From Antedon mediterranea (lineage: Eukaryota > Animalia > Echinodermata), in the NCBI RefSeq assembly GCF_964355755.1, contig NC_092675.1, positions 31,096,912 through 31,160,911 on the forward strand: DNA of 64,000 nt, read 5' to 3'. The notes under the pieces are model-generated. The model was not told the DNA's origin, searched no databases, and saw nothing but the letters and a program-made list of their open reading frames with translations. Positions 28,101-43,100 of this stretch are shown piece by piece. Position numbers and translations under genes: made by a program. The stretch's first letter is position 1. Every line of letters starts with the position of its first letter.

Positions 28101-31100
28101 CTTGATTTATCAAAAGCGTTTGATACAATCGATCATGATGTATTATTAGATAAGTTAAGATTTTATGGTATAAGAGGAGTTCCGCTAAACTGGTTCTCAA
28201 ACTATCTTAAAAAAAGACTACAATACACATTTATTGTTAATACTGCATCTAGTAAAATGACAGTAAACACTGGAGTTCCTCAGGGATCCATATTGGGTCC
28301 ATTATTATTTCTTATATTCATTAATGATATTAGTCTAGCATGTAACCATGTAGACATGATTATGTATGCAGATGACACAAATGTGTTTTATAGTCACAAT
28401 GATATTACTCAAGCTTTTGATACAATGAACCAGGAGTTATCTATACTTTCGGACTGGTTTATTGCTAACAAATTAACGCTAAATGTAAACAAATCAAAAT
28501 ATGTTATATTTAAGGCTAGAAATAAGTCAGCTGACACTACCTCACTAGAATTGAGGATGGGAAATGAATGTATAGTAAAAGCTACTGAAGTTAAATTTCT
28601 AGGCTTATTTCTGGATGAAACTTTATCGTTTAATTTTCATGTAAATGAGGTAGCAAACAGTATTTCTAGAATAATTGGTGTCTTAAACAAAGTGAAGTCT
28701 ATGTTATCAAGTAAAATCTTGTTAACGGTATACAATGCACTTATATTACCTAGAATAACGTATGCTATCACAGTATGGGGTGCTACTTCTGCTACAAACT
28801 TAAACCGTATACATATTCTCCAGAAAAAAGCACTTAGAAATATTTGTCATGTTCATTTTATGCATCCTTCTCATCCACTTTTTATTTCAACCCAAACATT
28901 AAATATTTTTGACCTTTATACGAAACACACTGCTATATTTATGTATCAATATAAACATAATCTATTACCTGAATCATTTAATAACTTATTTAGTACATCT
29001 GCCTCATTCCATAATTACTCAACTAGAAACAGGTCAAACTACTGTCCACAACTAAAACGCACCAAAGTCGGACAGCAATGTATTTCCTACCAAGGAACAC
29101 ATATTTGGAACAATTTAACAGACTATATAAAACAATCCCCCACTTTAAGTTTGTTTAAACAGAGATTAAAGCAATATTATAACAATAGAAATATTTAAGT
29201 TAAGTAAATCACATTATGTTATTTTGGTTTGTTCTTTTTGTTTGTACTAATTGTTTGATCTTTTTGTTAGGGTTACATGCTTAAAGCACTTGTGCTTATT
29301 TTGTATCCCATTCCATTATCTTATTATTTGTATTGTATTTGTATATGTTTTTATTTTGATTATGGAATAAAAATGTCGATGAATTGAATTGATTGATTGA
29401 ATTATACTTTAAATGAAAACCCCCAATATTATTGCTTTTAGTTTCTGTTGTATAAAGTCAACATCATCTTGTTGTTTTTCTTTCTTGGTAGTTAGTTAAT
29501 ACTTAATGTAGGAACAACGATATCAAAGGCACAGTGAAGAAATTAAACAAAAACACTTCATTTGATTTTAAATGTTTTACATGTAAGAAATGACCATTTC
29601 TTTCAATATTGTATTCTCTCCTTCGTCTAGACAAGAGTAGACCATTGGGTGCAGTATATTATTTGAAAATTGCTCTTATTCTAAATCTGATCAACTTTTC
29701 TTTTCCTGTGCAACAAGCATAAGTAGGATACAAGTTATTCTACTTCAACTACTTCTATATTAAACGGTCTGTTTTTATTCCACCAAAATACTATATTATA
29801 ATTTTTATATAATAACACAATTCTAAAACAAGTAGCAGTAATTAATACAGTTTACTTTAAAAAAATTTTATTTATATGTAATTTTACAGAGATTCCGAAA
29901 TAAGATTGAATGAATGAATCAATAGCCCTTAAGTCCACAAAAGGTGATTTAACAATAATGGTACAACACGTAGAGGACATTAGATGAGTTCAGAGGAAAG
30001 GCCTAGGGCACCACATTCCTCCGCTATTTCTATTTGAAAGATGGACATTGACATCCCCTCCCCAATGTGTCTGTATTGGCAGCTTTCCAGATGTTAACAT
30101 GAGTTATTTTACAATATTTGACCTCCCCCTCTCATTGAAATGTTAAAAAAACATTAATTATTTTAAATGTCAAAACATTAATATGAGCTTTAAATAATAA
30201 TATATTTTAGAAAGCGATATAAGTACTTTTTAAAGTTAAACATTCCATTAGTTTATTTTTCACAAAACAAACATTTGTTTAAAGACAGATGTAAGGGAGA
30301 TGGCTTCATAGGGCTAAGGTTTGCTTTGAACTGTTGGGTATTGTAAGTGATAGCTACCCCCGCTTGCAGCTTGCTCTCAAATACATATTTAATAAAGCAG
30401 TAATTGTGTTTGCATTGTACCTCCTGTACTTATCAATAGTTTATTTTGATACCTTTGTAGGTGCTTGGTTAATTGGAACTGGTTGGCTATTTTAATACTT
30501 TCCTTAGAAATAATAATAATATACAGCATCTTTTTGGTTTTGTCTGGTTGTACTCTAACATTAACCATTCAAATTATAGAAATATCTATTTCATGAGCCT
30601 AGCTTACCTGGATAAACCGACAATAGCATGTGCTTCTCTTCCAGGGGGTAGAGCTATGAAATATGATATGTAATTTTTTTTTTAATATAGTACTGTGGTT
30701 TAAAAAAAAGATTTTTTTTCATATTTTGTTAATCATTTTCTTTACATGCAAAAGGTATTGACTAACTAATACTCCTTTTTTGCATTAAATTAGTTTGATT
30801 AATATAGAATTGTTTTACTAAATAAAATATCTTTATTTGCTAGATTCTGAACAATCATCAATTAAAGCAAAGCAATCCTCAAAAAATGTGGAAGTAGAGA
30901 AAGTAAAAGATTCCAATCCAGGAACAAGGAAAAGAAGATCTATCAGCAGTGAGGTATACGTGGAAACACTTGTAGTAGCAGATAAGAAAATGGTCGCCCA
31001 TCACACAGCAGACAATTTAGAGCAGTATCTACTAACTATAATGAATATTGTAAGTACTTTGCTTTATTTATATCTATCAACATTTGTATTAATTTACAGA

Positions 31101-34100
31101 TTTATATAATAGTTCATGATTGAAGGAAATTTACTCAACAATATTGACAAAGAGCATCTGTTGTTGCACATGGTGTTTGTATGAACCTGTCTGAAAATAT
31201 CAATTTATGATGGATTAGAAGATGACACAACTTGAAAGGTTGATGATGATTGTTTAGATCTCAGTCTTGTACCTCTTTCACATTTATATTTGTTCACTAG
31301 GTTTTTTAAATTAAACCAGAAGTGCCTTACAATACATTTTTGTTTTGTTTTGTATGACTTGTATATTCGTGAAGTAATTTCCCGAATGATAACTATTTTA
31401 CAAGGAAAAGATTTGGTTGCTTTTAGGTTTCCAGTTGTATGAGTAAATGGTGATAATCGAGTGGTTTTGATAAATAAGGAGTGAGGCTAAAATACCATTG
31501 ATGAATAGGGAATTAATTAGGGCTATGATTCTTATTTAAACATCGCTTGATTGGATATGGTTAAATGCTGTGTGCTCTACCATGCATTGATTACAGTGTG
31601 TCTGGGCAAAATGGAAGATTTGAATGTTTGTGTAGTCAGAGTACATACGTAGCACCTATGTAGTCTATGTCAGATTACATACGTAGCACCTATGTAGTCT
31701 ATGTCAGATTACATACGTAGCACCTATGTAGTCTATGTCAGAGTACATACGTAGCACCTATGTAGTCTATGTCAGAGTACATACGTAGCACCTATGTAGT
31801 CTATGTCAAAGTACATACGTAGCACCTATGTAGTCTATGTCAGAGTACATACGTAGCACCTATGTAGTCTATGTCAGAGTACATACGTAGCACCTATGTA
31901 GTCTATGTCAGAGTACATACGTAGCACCTATGTAGTCTATGTCAGAGTACATACGTAGCACCTATGTAGTCTATGTCAGAGTACATACGTAGCACCTATG
32001 TAGTCTATGTCAAAGTACATACGTAGCACCTATGTAGTCTATGTCAAAGTACATACGTAGCACCTATGTAGTCTATGTCAAAGTACATACGTAGCACCTA
32101 TGTAGTCTATGTCAAAGTACATACGTAGCACCTATGTAGTCTATGTCAAAGTATGGCACGCCAGGACGGACAAAACCATGTCAAAGTCATACTGCAAGAA
32201 CCACAAATTTTAAATATTTATCAGCTCAAAAAGTACCTTAAACTTATTTTAATTTTAAACTATTGATACTGAAAGATTAGAAAAGTTTTCACCTGACTAA
32301 ACACTTTAAAACATTGCTATAATATTATCAATCAACTACATGCAGAATCTTCCCTCTAGCAAGCCTTGTAAAGTGTTGCCAGTGGGTACAGGAAAAGCAC
32401 CAAACAGCTTTTAGTGACTGCACAGTTTTTTTGCAGTTTTTGATAAGACTAAGGCTTTAAAATGTTGTGAATATTTTACAAAAGTTAAGTAATATAAATT
32501 ACCCTTATTTAATATGATGATAATGTTTCCGGGTGTCTTGGATTGAAAAATATCTATCCTAGAAATTCAATTTAGGAAAAAGTTGACCAGCTTCCTATTC
32601 TTGCTCTTTTTGTCCAATAAAAAGACAGCTACTCTATTTTTGCTGATTCACATTCGTTTTAAAGGCTAGAGTGTCTTTCTTTGCCTTGCAATGCAGAAAA
32701 TTTGCCTCTTTAGGTTTTCGTTTAAAAAAATGTTTATATTCCTTATCCATACTTGCTTGCTTTTTCAACAATTATGAAAATCATGAATTATTTATTAAAT
32801 GTATTTACTTTGGTTTTAAGGTAGAACACTTCTAGAATACACAGGGTATAGAAATGTATCATTAGACTTATGTAAAATTCTGGACTTAATTTATCTTTCA
32901 ACAGTTGAGCTGGTTAATTGAATCAAATGGCAATTTCCCATCCATCCTTCAGTTTTTAATGTATATTGAATTAACTGAATTTAGGCTGTGCTTTCCAAAG
33001 TTAAAAGCTTACATATTGTGCATCACTTATGGTATTAAGGTCCATATTAAGTAGGGTTTGTAAGGATTATCTTTACCTTTTCCTACATCAGTAAATAAGT
33101 GAATAGATTCCTCAGTATGGTAGCTAACTACCATGTACTGTATTTAAATACATTTTTGTAAATGTCAAGCTTGTCAAAGTTCAGATCAAGTATTTTAGTA
33201 GTGAGTGGGCTATCCGAGGGAGTAGTACCATAATATCATTTTACTGAGGGTGGATTTTACAACGAAAATGGCATTACTCTATCTGAAGAACAAAAAGCTA
33301 TCACAATCAGTTTAGTTGTACAGCAAGAACAAATAAAATACAGAAACCAAAAGTAGCTATAATACTGTATTTTAAAACAAATGAAAATATTTGTATCATC
33401 AAAACATTTTAATAGCTTTTTTATCTTTAGGTTTCTGGATTATATAAAGATGAGAGTATTGGCAACTCAGTCAATGTTGTAGTATCCAGACTTATTTTAT
33501 TAATTGATGATCAGGTAATTCCATCTTCTGTCTTTTTTTTCTCAACCCCCCCCCCCCCCCCCACACACACACACCAAATTGGTAAATGGAACACTGATGG
33601 AGTTATACTGCATTAACACGAAGGTGTTCAGACAAAAAAGAAAGTTCTCTTCTAATATAAAAAATGTTGATACTCTATTACAGTAAACCAATGTGGAATG
33701 TATTAAATTTTGATACTCCATTACAGTAAACAAATGTGGAATGTATTAAATGTTGATACTCCATTACAGTAAACAAATGTGGAATGTATTAAATGTTGAT
33801 ACTCCATTACAGTAAACAAATGTGGAATGTATTAAATTTTGATACTCCATTACAGTAAACAAATGTGGAATGTATTATGTTGAGCACTCCATTACAGTAA
33901 ACAAATGTGGAATGTATTATGTTGAGCACTCCATTACAGTAAACAAATGTGGAATGTATTATGTTGAGCACTCCATTACAGTAAACAAATGTGGAATGTA
34001 TTATGTTGAGCACTCCATTACAGTAAACAAATGTGGAATGTATTATGTTGAGCACTCCATTACAGTAAACAAATGTGGAATGTATTATGTTGAGCACTCC

Positions 34101-37100
34101 ATTACAGTAAACAAATGTGGAATGTATTAAATGTTGATACTCTATTACAGTAAACAAATGTGGAATGTATTAAATGTGATATGTGATATTTTATTTAATT
34201 CATTCATTTTTTTCATGAAAGTTTATTTTTATTTTCAGCCCAATTTAGAAATAGGTATACATGCTGAAAGATCATTGAGTAGTTTTTGTAATTGGCAACA
34301 GTTAAACAATGTACAAAATGCCACAGCAGATGGAATTGCTCATCATGACAATGCTATTCTCATCACCAAGTAAGTCACGATTTGAATTGCTACATTGCTA
34401 TACCAGTGGTGGATCCAGGGTTTTGAAAAAGGGGGAGGCCCAGGACCTAAAAGTAGTAAAAAAAGGTGCTGAACTTAATTTGTCCTATCTTTTGCATCAC
34501 AATTTGTGAAATATAAAAAAAAAAATATAAGTGGACTAGTAAATCGAAAGCTGCCTAATGCTATCTACTACTAATGATTTCAGATAACTATATCTCCAAA
34601 TTAAGAGATGGTACACATTTCCCATAATGTAATCTTGTCTCTATAAACTTTCTCATTGAATATATTTGCCATAAATAATAACTACAGTATTTTGTGCCCA
34701 GCTTACCTGGATATACTGACATTGGTCTATTCTCTTTGAGAAGAGAGCTACAACTCGAATATATAACAAATTTATGACAACACCCCATCACATAATGGTA
34801 CATTCCATGAACCCTGCTCAAGTGGGAACATCCTACCATCATTTCTTTTACAGACATTATTGGTTCTATTTGCATAGCTTTAGGATGAGTTATATAAACT
34901 GTGTTTATGTAGAAAGTTGGTTTAATTTTGATATGAACTCTTCAACTATTAACAGGAAATCAACAGAGATAATTCTGTTAGTTTTCTTTTCCTTGACCCT
35001 GCTGTATAAGTCACATTTTAACCCAAAAATACAGATTTAAATAAGAATTTTAAACAAGCTTAATCTAACCCTCAAACGTCGTCGTCGTCATTACTTAATT
35101 TAAGCAAATACCTTTTGAACATTTTTACAAAAGTGATCAATAAATTATATATCAATGATTGATGAATTGTATGGTGTAAATTGATCAGGTAATTGTTATT
35201 GATGTGTTAAAACAGCTGTAGGATTATATAGTAATAATTATTATTTAATAATTTAAAAGATTTTGTCGATGTTTTTATTCATTTTACTTTTAGATTTAGA
35301 AATTGTACTAGTAAATAGGGAGCTTTCGATTTGATAGGACTAAATTATGCATTACATCATCCACTGATATTGATCTGAACAACTACTGTATGCTCCCAAA
35401 AATGTGTTCATTACCCGGCGGCCCTGAATGCATCATGGCTTGGAATCAATTCATAATGTTTAATGATACTGTTCTTTAAATTTCAACAAGTAATTTGTGT
35501 TGTAAGGAGGCCTAGTTTGTCATACATTTGTGGCCCTAGAGGGGTGTACAGCTGTTGTCATTGCTAAACTATTACTATAGTAGTAGTAGAAGGCCAAGGG
35601 TATTTTCAAAATCAAAAAATGTTTTTTGGTACTGTTTTCGAATTTTAACAGTTTTTCTTTAAAAGTTTTTTTTTTATATTTAACATTTTCTCAGGTAATA
35701 CTGTATCAACACCTGTAACAATTTATCACCAGGTTTTGCAAAATGAAATTCAATCTGCAATATATTTTTCTTTACTAAGAATTTAACCTATTTATTTGTA
35801 TTGGTGTTGATGTTTGATCTTTGTCCAGTAAATCTTTTCACCTCTTAACACAAGGGGCCTAGTTGTAGGCTCTACCCTTACCCATCACTCTTTTATCCAA
35901 GACGCCTACAGTTTATATAGGGGCCTAGTTTTAGACTGTTATTTTAGTAGCCTACATATTCCTTCTAGCTTTATTCAATACTTTTATTTAACACTGAGTA
36001 AGATACAACTGTACTAAAGTCAATTTCTGAACTAGGTTTTGTAGCGCAAGAACCAAATCATGGAGACATTCTTAACTTTAGGCCTATTTCTTTTTGGAAT
36101 CCCAGTGAACCCAAACCTAACTTGACTATTGAAGTAATTTGCAATATTGTTAAATACTCATTATATATGAAAGCCAAATTGTAGCCTAATTGATACCATC
36201 TAATACTACAGTGTGGTTTGCACTTTATTGTACCACATTCTTCAACTGAAAAGTACAAGTTCTTATTTGTCAATTTTGATGGGTACCTGAATACCATAAA
36301 TACAATGTCTTACAATTATATTGTGTTGACAGTTTTAGTTGGTACAACTTAATAGTGATTTACTGTTAACAACAGGTGCAGAATGTAGAGTACCTGTTAG
36401 TTACCCTTCACTGAAATATCTCAGCAGATCAATGCCAATAATCACATATGCTACATGCATTTACTTTTCAATTTTGTTTGAGAAGGAACATTTATTTCCA
36501 ATTCATGCACTTATGAATTTATTATACAGAGTAAATCATGGAATTTGTTGAACTGTTGAAATATGACTCAATTATACTGGCCTTGTACTACCATACTCTA
36601 CATACTGTAAACATATTCCTCTGCTATTTTATATGCTAAGTCTGTGTATAATGTATTACATTATTATGCATATTTACATTACATTTTGTCACATGTGCTC
36701 GGCCACTTAAGCACTCGGTCACATGTGCTCGCTTAGATCTACCTCTTCTTGTCTTCCACTATCGTTAATTTTCCCATTGGCCGCCTTAATGCCAATCGAT
36801 CCTTCCATGTCGCTGCTTCAAATCTCGCGAATTCCAACTTTTTTCCTGGATTTAATTTCTCGTTTATTTATTTTTTTCTTTCATTTTTTTTGCACCTAGT
36901 TGTAGTCTTTTAAAAAGAACTTACATAAGATTTACTCTATAGTCTATCACAATTTACATGACAATATATAATTCATATTTTTGTTTAAAATTGTTTTTTT
37001 TTTTATTTGTTCTTGTTGCATTCACCTGTGTAAACCCTGTTTCCTAACTAAATTCCAGCTCCCCCTTTGCACCTCAAGGTACATTCATCTTTTATAAAGT

Positions 37101-40100
37101 TTCTATATTTATCAAAAGCAAGCAAAATATGATTGAGCAACATCCATCTGAATTGTGAATTATTTTTTTTTTTTTTTCACAAAAATTGAAAATGATTGAT
37201 AATCCAGCAATAATGTTTGTATACAGCTCACTCACAGGTTGTGTATTTAGTAAAATATCATGTTGAATGTCTACTAAATATTCCCTTGAGTACAACAATT
37301 CTTTCTCAAATCCCCTTCCCCAAATTGACATTATGCACATGACTTTGAACTTATCATGTTGTTTGAATAACTTGAACGCTCGCAACCTGTAAATCATGAA
37401 GTATGACAATCGCATGCCTGTGATCCAATATTTCAGGATCCTCATGATTCGAGTTCATCCAGCAAACTACCAATGCTAGTAGATTGTCCATATTTGCTCG
37501 TTGAAAATTTCAAAACTAGCTTATGTTTGCGGATTGTAGTTTTGGAAAAACAATCTAGCAAATGTACTTGATGCTTGATCTGCCCGTAAAATCAAGTATT
37601 TAATCAGCAGAATAATTTGCTTACTTGCTAGTTTAGTTTTAGGTTTGCTGGTGAGTAAGTTTCTAGTCATAATATTTGAAACTGTTTGATGCAATTTGTT
37701 GCTGCTGTCAACACAATGTAATACATTTTTAATGTTTGCTATGAAGATACCTGAACATGGCTCTTACATCCTGTTTAGATAAATAGAACACTCGGCACTT
37801 TTAGTTTTTGATTTGATTATTTCCACTTGGAGTGCAAATTTAATGACTTGTATGACTCTGGCATTGACTCTATCTATGTACTCTTTATTTATGTCATCTT
37901 TTACCTCAGAGGTCTAAAATATACGAAGGATCATCCCAGTATTCAGCTGTGCTCTCAATTGCCTTCCAATGTCATTTGAATAAACACTCTTGTAGCTACA
38001 AAAATATGTTTCACCGTACTTAATTGTATGCTTTCAAAATGTTTTCATTAAAACGCTTTGCATTCTCATGAATCAAAGGTTAGTAACCTGCGTCATTTTG
38101 TCATGATTGTAGTCTGCTGAACTTGTGACGAACCTTAAAGTTGAGTAAAACCTGATAACATCTTTCTTTAAATATCTTTAATCAAATTCACACTTCATTT
38201 GGGTGTTTTAATATCAGAATAATGAAGTTAGTAGATCATTATTAAGTTATTAGAACAGCATACATTGCTCTTTACATATTTGCTTTGGTAACCTGATTGC
38301 TAGTATTCCAAGCAGATTGATGGAGATCTATAATGAGTTTATACTGCTAGTGCGGCAGTAACTATTATTCATAGTATGGAGGTACAAAATTAAATAGAAG
38401 AAAGTGTTTGACTAATGTTTGGTATGCTACAGTAGTAGTAGTTAAACTCCTTTTAAAAATGTTTTAACAAAAGGATCAATGTAAAATGTTAAAGTCAACA
38501 CGAGTTTTTATCCTATATTCATATGTTAATGTTGTTAACTTTTGATTCAGACAGTTGATTGTTTTTAATCTTTTTCTCTTTTGTAACCGTGCTTTTCTTG
38601 AGGGTTTCTTTTCTGCCAACTTGCATTGAAGTAACACTCGCTTTTCTTCTAGTTCAAGTAGAGTTTTTTCTCACTAGAAGTGTTAATTTATAGAATAATA
38701 TGAATTCTTAGAAATTTAAATTACATACGACCTATAATCATTTAGGTCAACTTAAATAATTACTTTTAATTTGCCTGTGACTACGAAAATTAGTTGACAC
38801 AAGAGATTTAAATGCTAAAAGTTAAATTGTGTCATTACGTAAAGCAGTATGAAGTTCATTATTGATGGAACTAACTTTCTCTAGTTTTACAAGTCAATCA
38901 TCATTTGTAATCTCTCAATAAGATGCAGTAATCCAGAGAGTGATAATATTAAAAGTGCTTTTACCTCAGTTTGACTTTTTACCCCATTATTGGCCTGTAT
39001 CTACTCTGATTGGGTTTCATTGATTTTGGCACTTTTGACACTATCCTGGTACAAAGTGTTACTTTAGTAATTCCTTATTTAGAATACTGTACCATCCATT
39101 TCATACAGCCTTTGAGGTAGGATTTTGCTTTTGAGGAACAAATTTTGTTTCCAAGTGTTCTTTGATAAATCACTACAACAAAGTGTCCCTTTAATAAAGA
39201 TGTCATTTAATAAAGATGTCCCTTTAATAAAGATGTCATTTAATAAAGATGTCCCTTTAATAAAGATGTCCCTTTGATAAAGATGTTATTTAATAAAGAT
39301 GTCCCTTTAATAAAGATGTCCCTTTAATAAAGATGTCTCTTTAATAAAGATGTCCCTTTAATAAATATGTCCCTTTAATAAAGATGTCATTTAATAAAGA
39401 CGTCCCTTTAATAAAGATGTCCCTTTAATCAGGGAGTTTATTTTACAACTCCCTGCTTTAATAAAGATGTCATTTAATAAAGATGTCCCTTTAATAAAGA
39501 TGTCCCCTGATAGAAGTTGGCTGTATGTTGCACTTTGTTTGTTTCACAGAAGATTGTCCCTTTAATAGGGATATCCCGGGAATAAGGTTGTCCCAAAGGA
39601 TGAGTTTACTGTATTTGATATTTGGATCCTATTCCACACAGACTGGAGGACAAACTTGATCTAACTGATCAGCAATTCGGAAGTGTGATAAGAAATATCA
39701 ACAAATTATTAATTGATAGTGTACATAGTAATGAGGAGGACACAATATGCATTTATTAGTTAAATGCTGACGTATTTACTGATGACATCACCAGACCTCA
39801 CTGCTATCTAACAACTTCAATAAATTGTCAGGGGGAACTTTATAGCTACAGGAAGTAAAGGTCATAATTAAAAAATAATATGAATAACTCTTTTTCCCTT
39901 TGTCAATAAGTTGAATAACCTTATATATAAAATATTTTACAAAACTTTCACAGTTAAATCACTGAGGTAATAGCGTTTCCCTTTTGATTCTAATTATTTT
40001 GTGCATTATTTTATTTTGTTAATCTTTATAAATTCTACTTATTTTTTAATTTAATTTTTAACTGTTACATGTTTATGTCTTGTCATATTGAGGGTCCCTA

Positions 40101-43100
40101 ATATTTAGCTTAGGCTGGATGCACCACCCTCTTGAAATATTGATGAAATAAATAAATACTGGACTACTGTTATCCATTTGCAATGTGGATGAGGACCCCC
40201 AACCGGCCAATCAGGATAGGTTATCAAGATTTATAACAGTTTAGCTACTTGACATATCTGTTATTATAAATTAATTATTTATTTTTTATTAAATTAATAA
40301 AATCTAGTATTCTTTCGATGTGATTAAGAATTACATCAGGTATAAAATGATGTCAATAATTTTTGTTATGTAGGTCACAAATAATTTGTTTTTGTGGTGA
40401 AACTAGCTTAAAAGCCCTCTGGGCTTGTTTAAGTTTCTTCAGCACAAGTGCATTCTACTTTTTTTTAAACAACTCTGATTTTTTTTATTAATATTATGAT
40501 GTATCTTGTGACAATAAATTGAAATTGAATTTTATTTAATTATTGAAATGATGTCACAATGACCTTGTATAGGTTTATTCAGTAAATTCACTTTCCTAAA
40601 GTTAGTTGAAAGCAGTCATACTTCCTTGTATTCCACCCAATGAGTTATGTAACTAGTTAGCTCTCTAATTGTGTAATATCTTTATTTATTATTATTATTA
40701 CGAAGTTATATCAAATCATAATTATGTACAGTATTTGACCTCGTAAGGTAATTTTTCTTTAAAGTTTATAAAGTTCTTATGATTGATTGAAAATTATTAT
40801 TATTTATAAAAGTGTTTTAAATACCAACATTATTTATTTAAGGTCAGAAAGTGTTTTTCTATAAAATATATCTATGAAATTATTTATTACATTATAAGTA
40901 TAATTTATTAGCAGGTTTTACTGCAAGATACAAAATCTACAAACGATAGTAGACTATCTAATTATTACTTGCAAATTTGCAAGAAATTAACATTAAAAAC
41001 ATATGGTTAGTAAAAATGAATATAACATAAGTAAAAAAAAAATGTTACTTTTGCTGTGCAGTGGTAGTGTTTTTATATTGATTGTAATCATAGAGTATAT
41101 CTCAATTTCTATCTGTCGTACACAAATTGCTTGGCTACAATGTACCAAAAACCTAATTTTAAATCAATTTTTTCTTTTACTAAAAGATCAACATGGAAAT
41201 GAGTAATATACGATCCTACACCGCAATGAAATGATTGGTATGTTTCAAGGAAAATAAAATTATGTTGAGTTAACTCGTAATAATTTAAGAGCGTCTGCAA
41301 ATTCAAGCAAACCAACTATTGTATTAGTTTCTCTTTTTGGATTATTGGGTTTATAACCAAAACCTAAAGGTGTGGTCTTGAAAAAGAGGCAATTGAGCCA
41401 AGTTAAGACAAACTGCCTTAGTTCCATCAAAGTGGGGACTGAACTATTGTTTTTTCTCCTTCTTTCCTTCCCAAACTCAATCCCCCAAAACAGACCAAGG
41501 ACTCAGCAGGCATCTTCCTACCTACAAAAATATGTGTTAAATTGGCACAAAATATATTTTATAGGTCACAAAATATAAGAGAAAAAATATTAATGTAAAT
41601 TAACTTAAGTAACTTAAATGTACTTAACTTGAAAATGTCTATAGGCTGCTTGATATTAAAACTTGAATTATGTAGTACATACTGTAGTACACCCATGCAT
41701 AATGTCTATATAAAGTACATCCAGTATGATCACAGAATGAACTGCTAATGGTTTTGTTTCAAACTCTGACCCTTGTGTTTATTGTTGAAACCCCTACAGG
41801 TAAACATTATCTTAACAAGCAGCAGACCTACTGTTTAAAATTCACCTGTCAATAATTCATTTAATTTATTTCTTGGCAACAAAATTGGTTCTTTTGAAAT
41901 ATATTAACCCGTACCAGGGCATTTATAACATGAATATCGCTGCAGCCTACCTCATGGGGATCACCGTTGTTACCTTTGCATTCTCCTCAATGTCTGTTGC
42001 AACTGCCCTGTATTGTTTCTTTAACATCATTAGCCTAATCTTTTACACAGTAAGAATTAGACATTACATCATGTTGTGTGGTTTAAATTTAAAAGGTAAA
42101 ACATGACCCAGTATTTAACCTTATGTGTAATATAACTCATTTTTGTAACTATTTAAAAACTTGTTTATTGTACATTGTTCATTCAGCAGAATTTGTGATT
42201 GTTAATGTTTATAGTAAGTGATGATTCTGACTATAAATCAGCAAACTTGTTGACAAAATACCAATTACTATATTATCACAGGTCACAATGATTCTAACAA
42301 AACTCATCTGAGATTGTTATATATTAGGTACTACAATTATCCTGTTATCTCATATGATTATTACCAATTACCATTGTCAGGGGGCCGATATGTGAAAATA
42401 ATCGGCCCTGCCCCAACTAAATCCGCCCAGGCTACATGACTAGACCAAAACTAGTTTCAATTCTAACATCCCATTCTAAGATGTTTCAACCCAGCGGTAT
42501 GTCAACCAGTACTTTTAGCCCATTTTTGGGCTGCCTACTCCAAGTTAATATTGCTGTGCTTGTTGTGGCCTAGGATAGGATCAGTTTCAAGTAGTAAGTA
42601 AGTTTGGTTTTAATAAAGAATGATATTGGTTAAAAGCGAAAGATAGATATATGGCTTGAGAGCTAGGTGGGTGAGACTTTATGCACGAGACTTGACGTGT
42701 ATGACTGGGTATTTTGTACCATGGCTTGGTTGCACTCCTCCTGAGTATAAGCACATTGCTACTTGATGTATTTGTTGATGTTAAGGAACATAGGTTAGAT
42801 GTAAACTTGTTATCCTAATTGTCACTTGATGCTGTGACGACTGCTTACTGATGACATGATGTTGTAAGTGGCATGTCATTACTTCTAGACACTACAACAA
42901 ATACAGACACTTACTGCTCTTAGCTATGTTCTAACAATAAACATGAATGTGCTGTAAACATCATGATTATACAGGTCATTGAACTTTACTAGATCTGGAT
43001 CTGGTTGCCAGGTATTTCCTGGAATATCCTTGCAAAATATAGCCACCATATTTATAGGGTCATTGGCTTGGTTTGGTTTATAAAGTTGGAGAATATAAGT

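Larger units (their letters stand above)
24384..29402 (+). mobile_element. Apparently full-length CR1/L2-group LINE retrotransposon in ADAMTS intron 3
   Basis: Intact ORF1 and ORF2, AATAAA at 29366, (TTGA)n-like tail; 5' boundary approximate; no TSD found. Confidence 0.9.

Noticed and set aside
33807-34157. Repeat ORFs on both strands
   Set aside because: Translations of the 42-bp minisatellite
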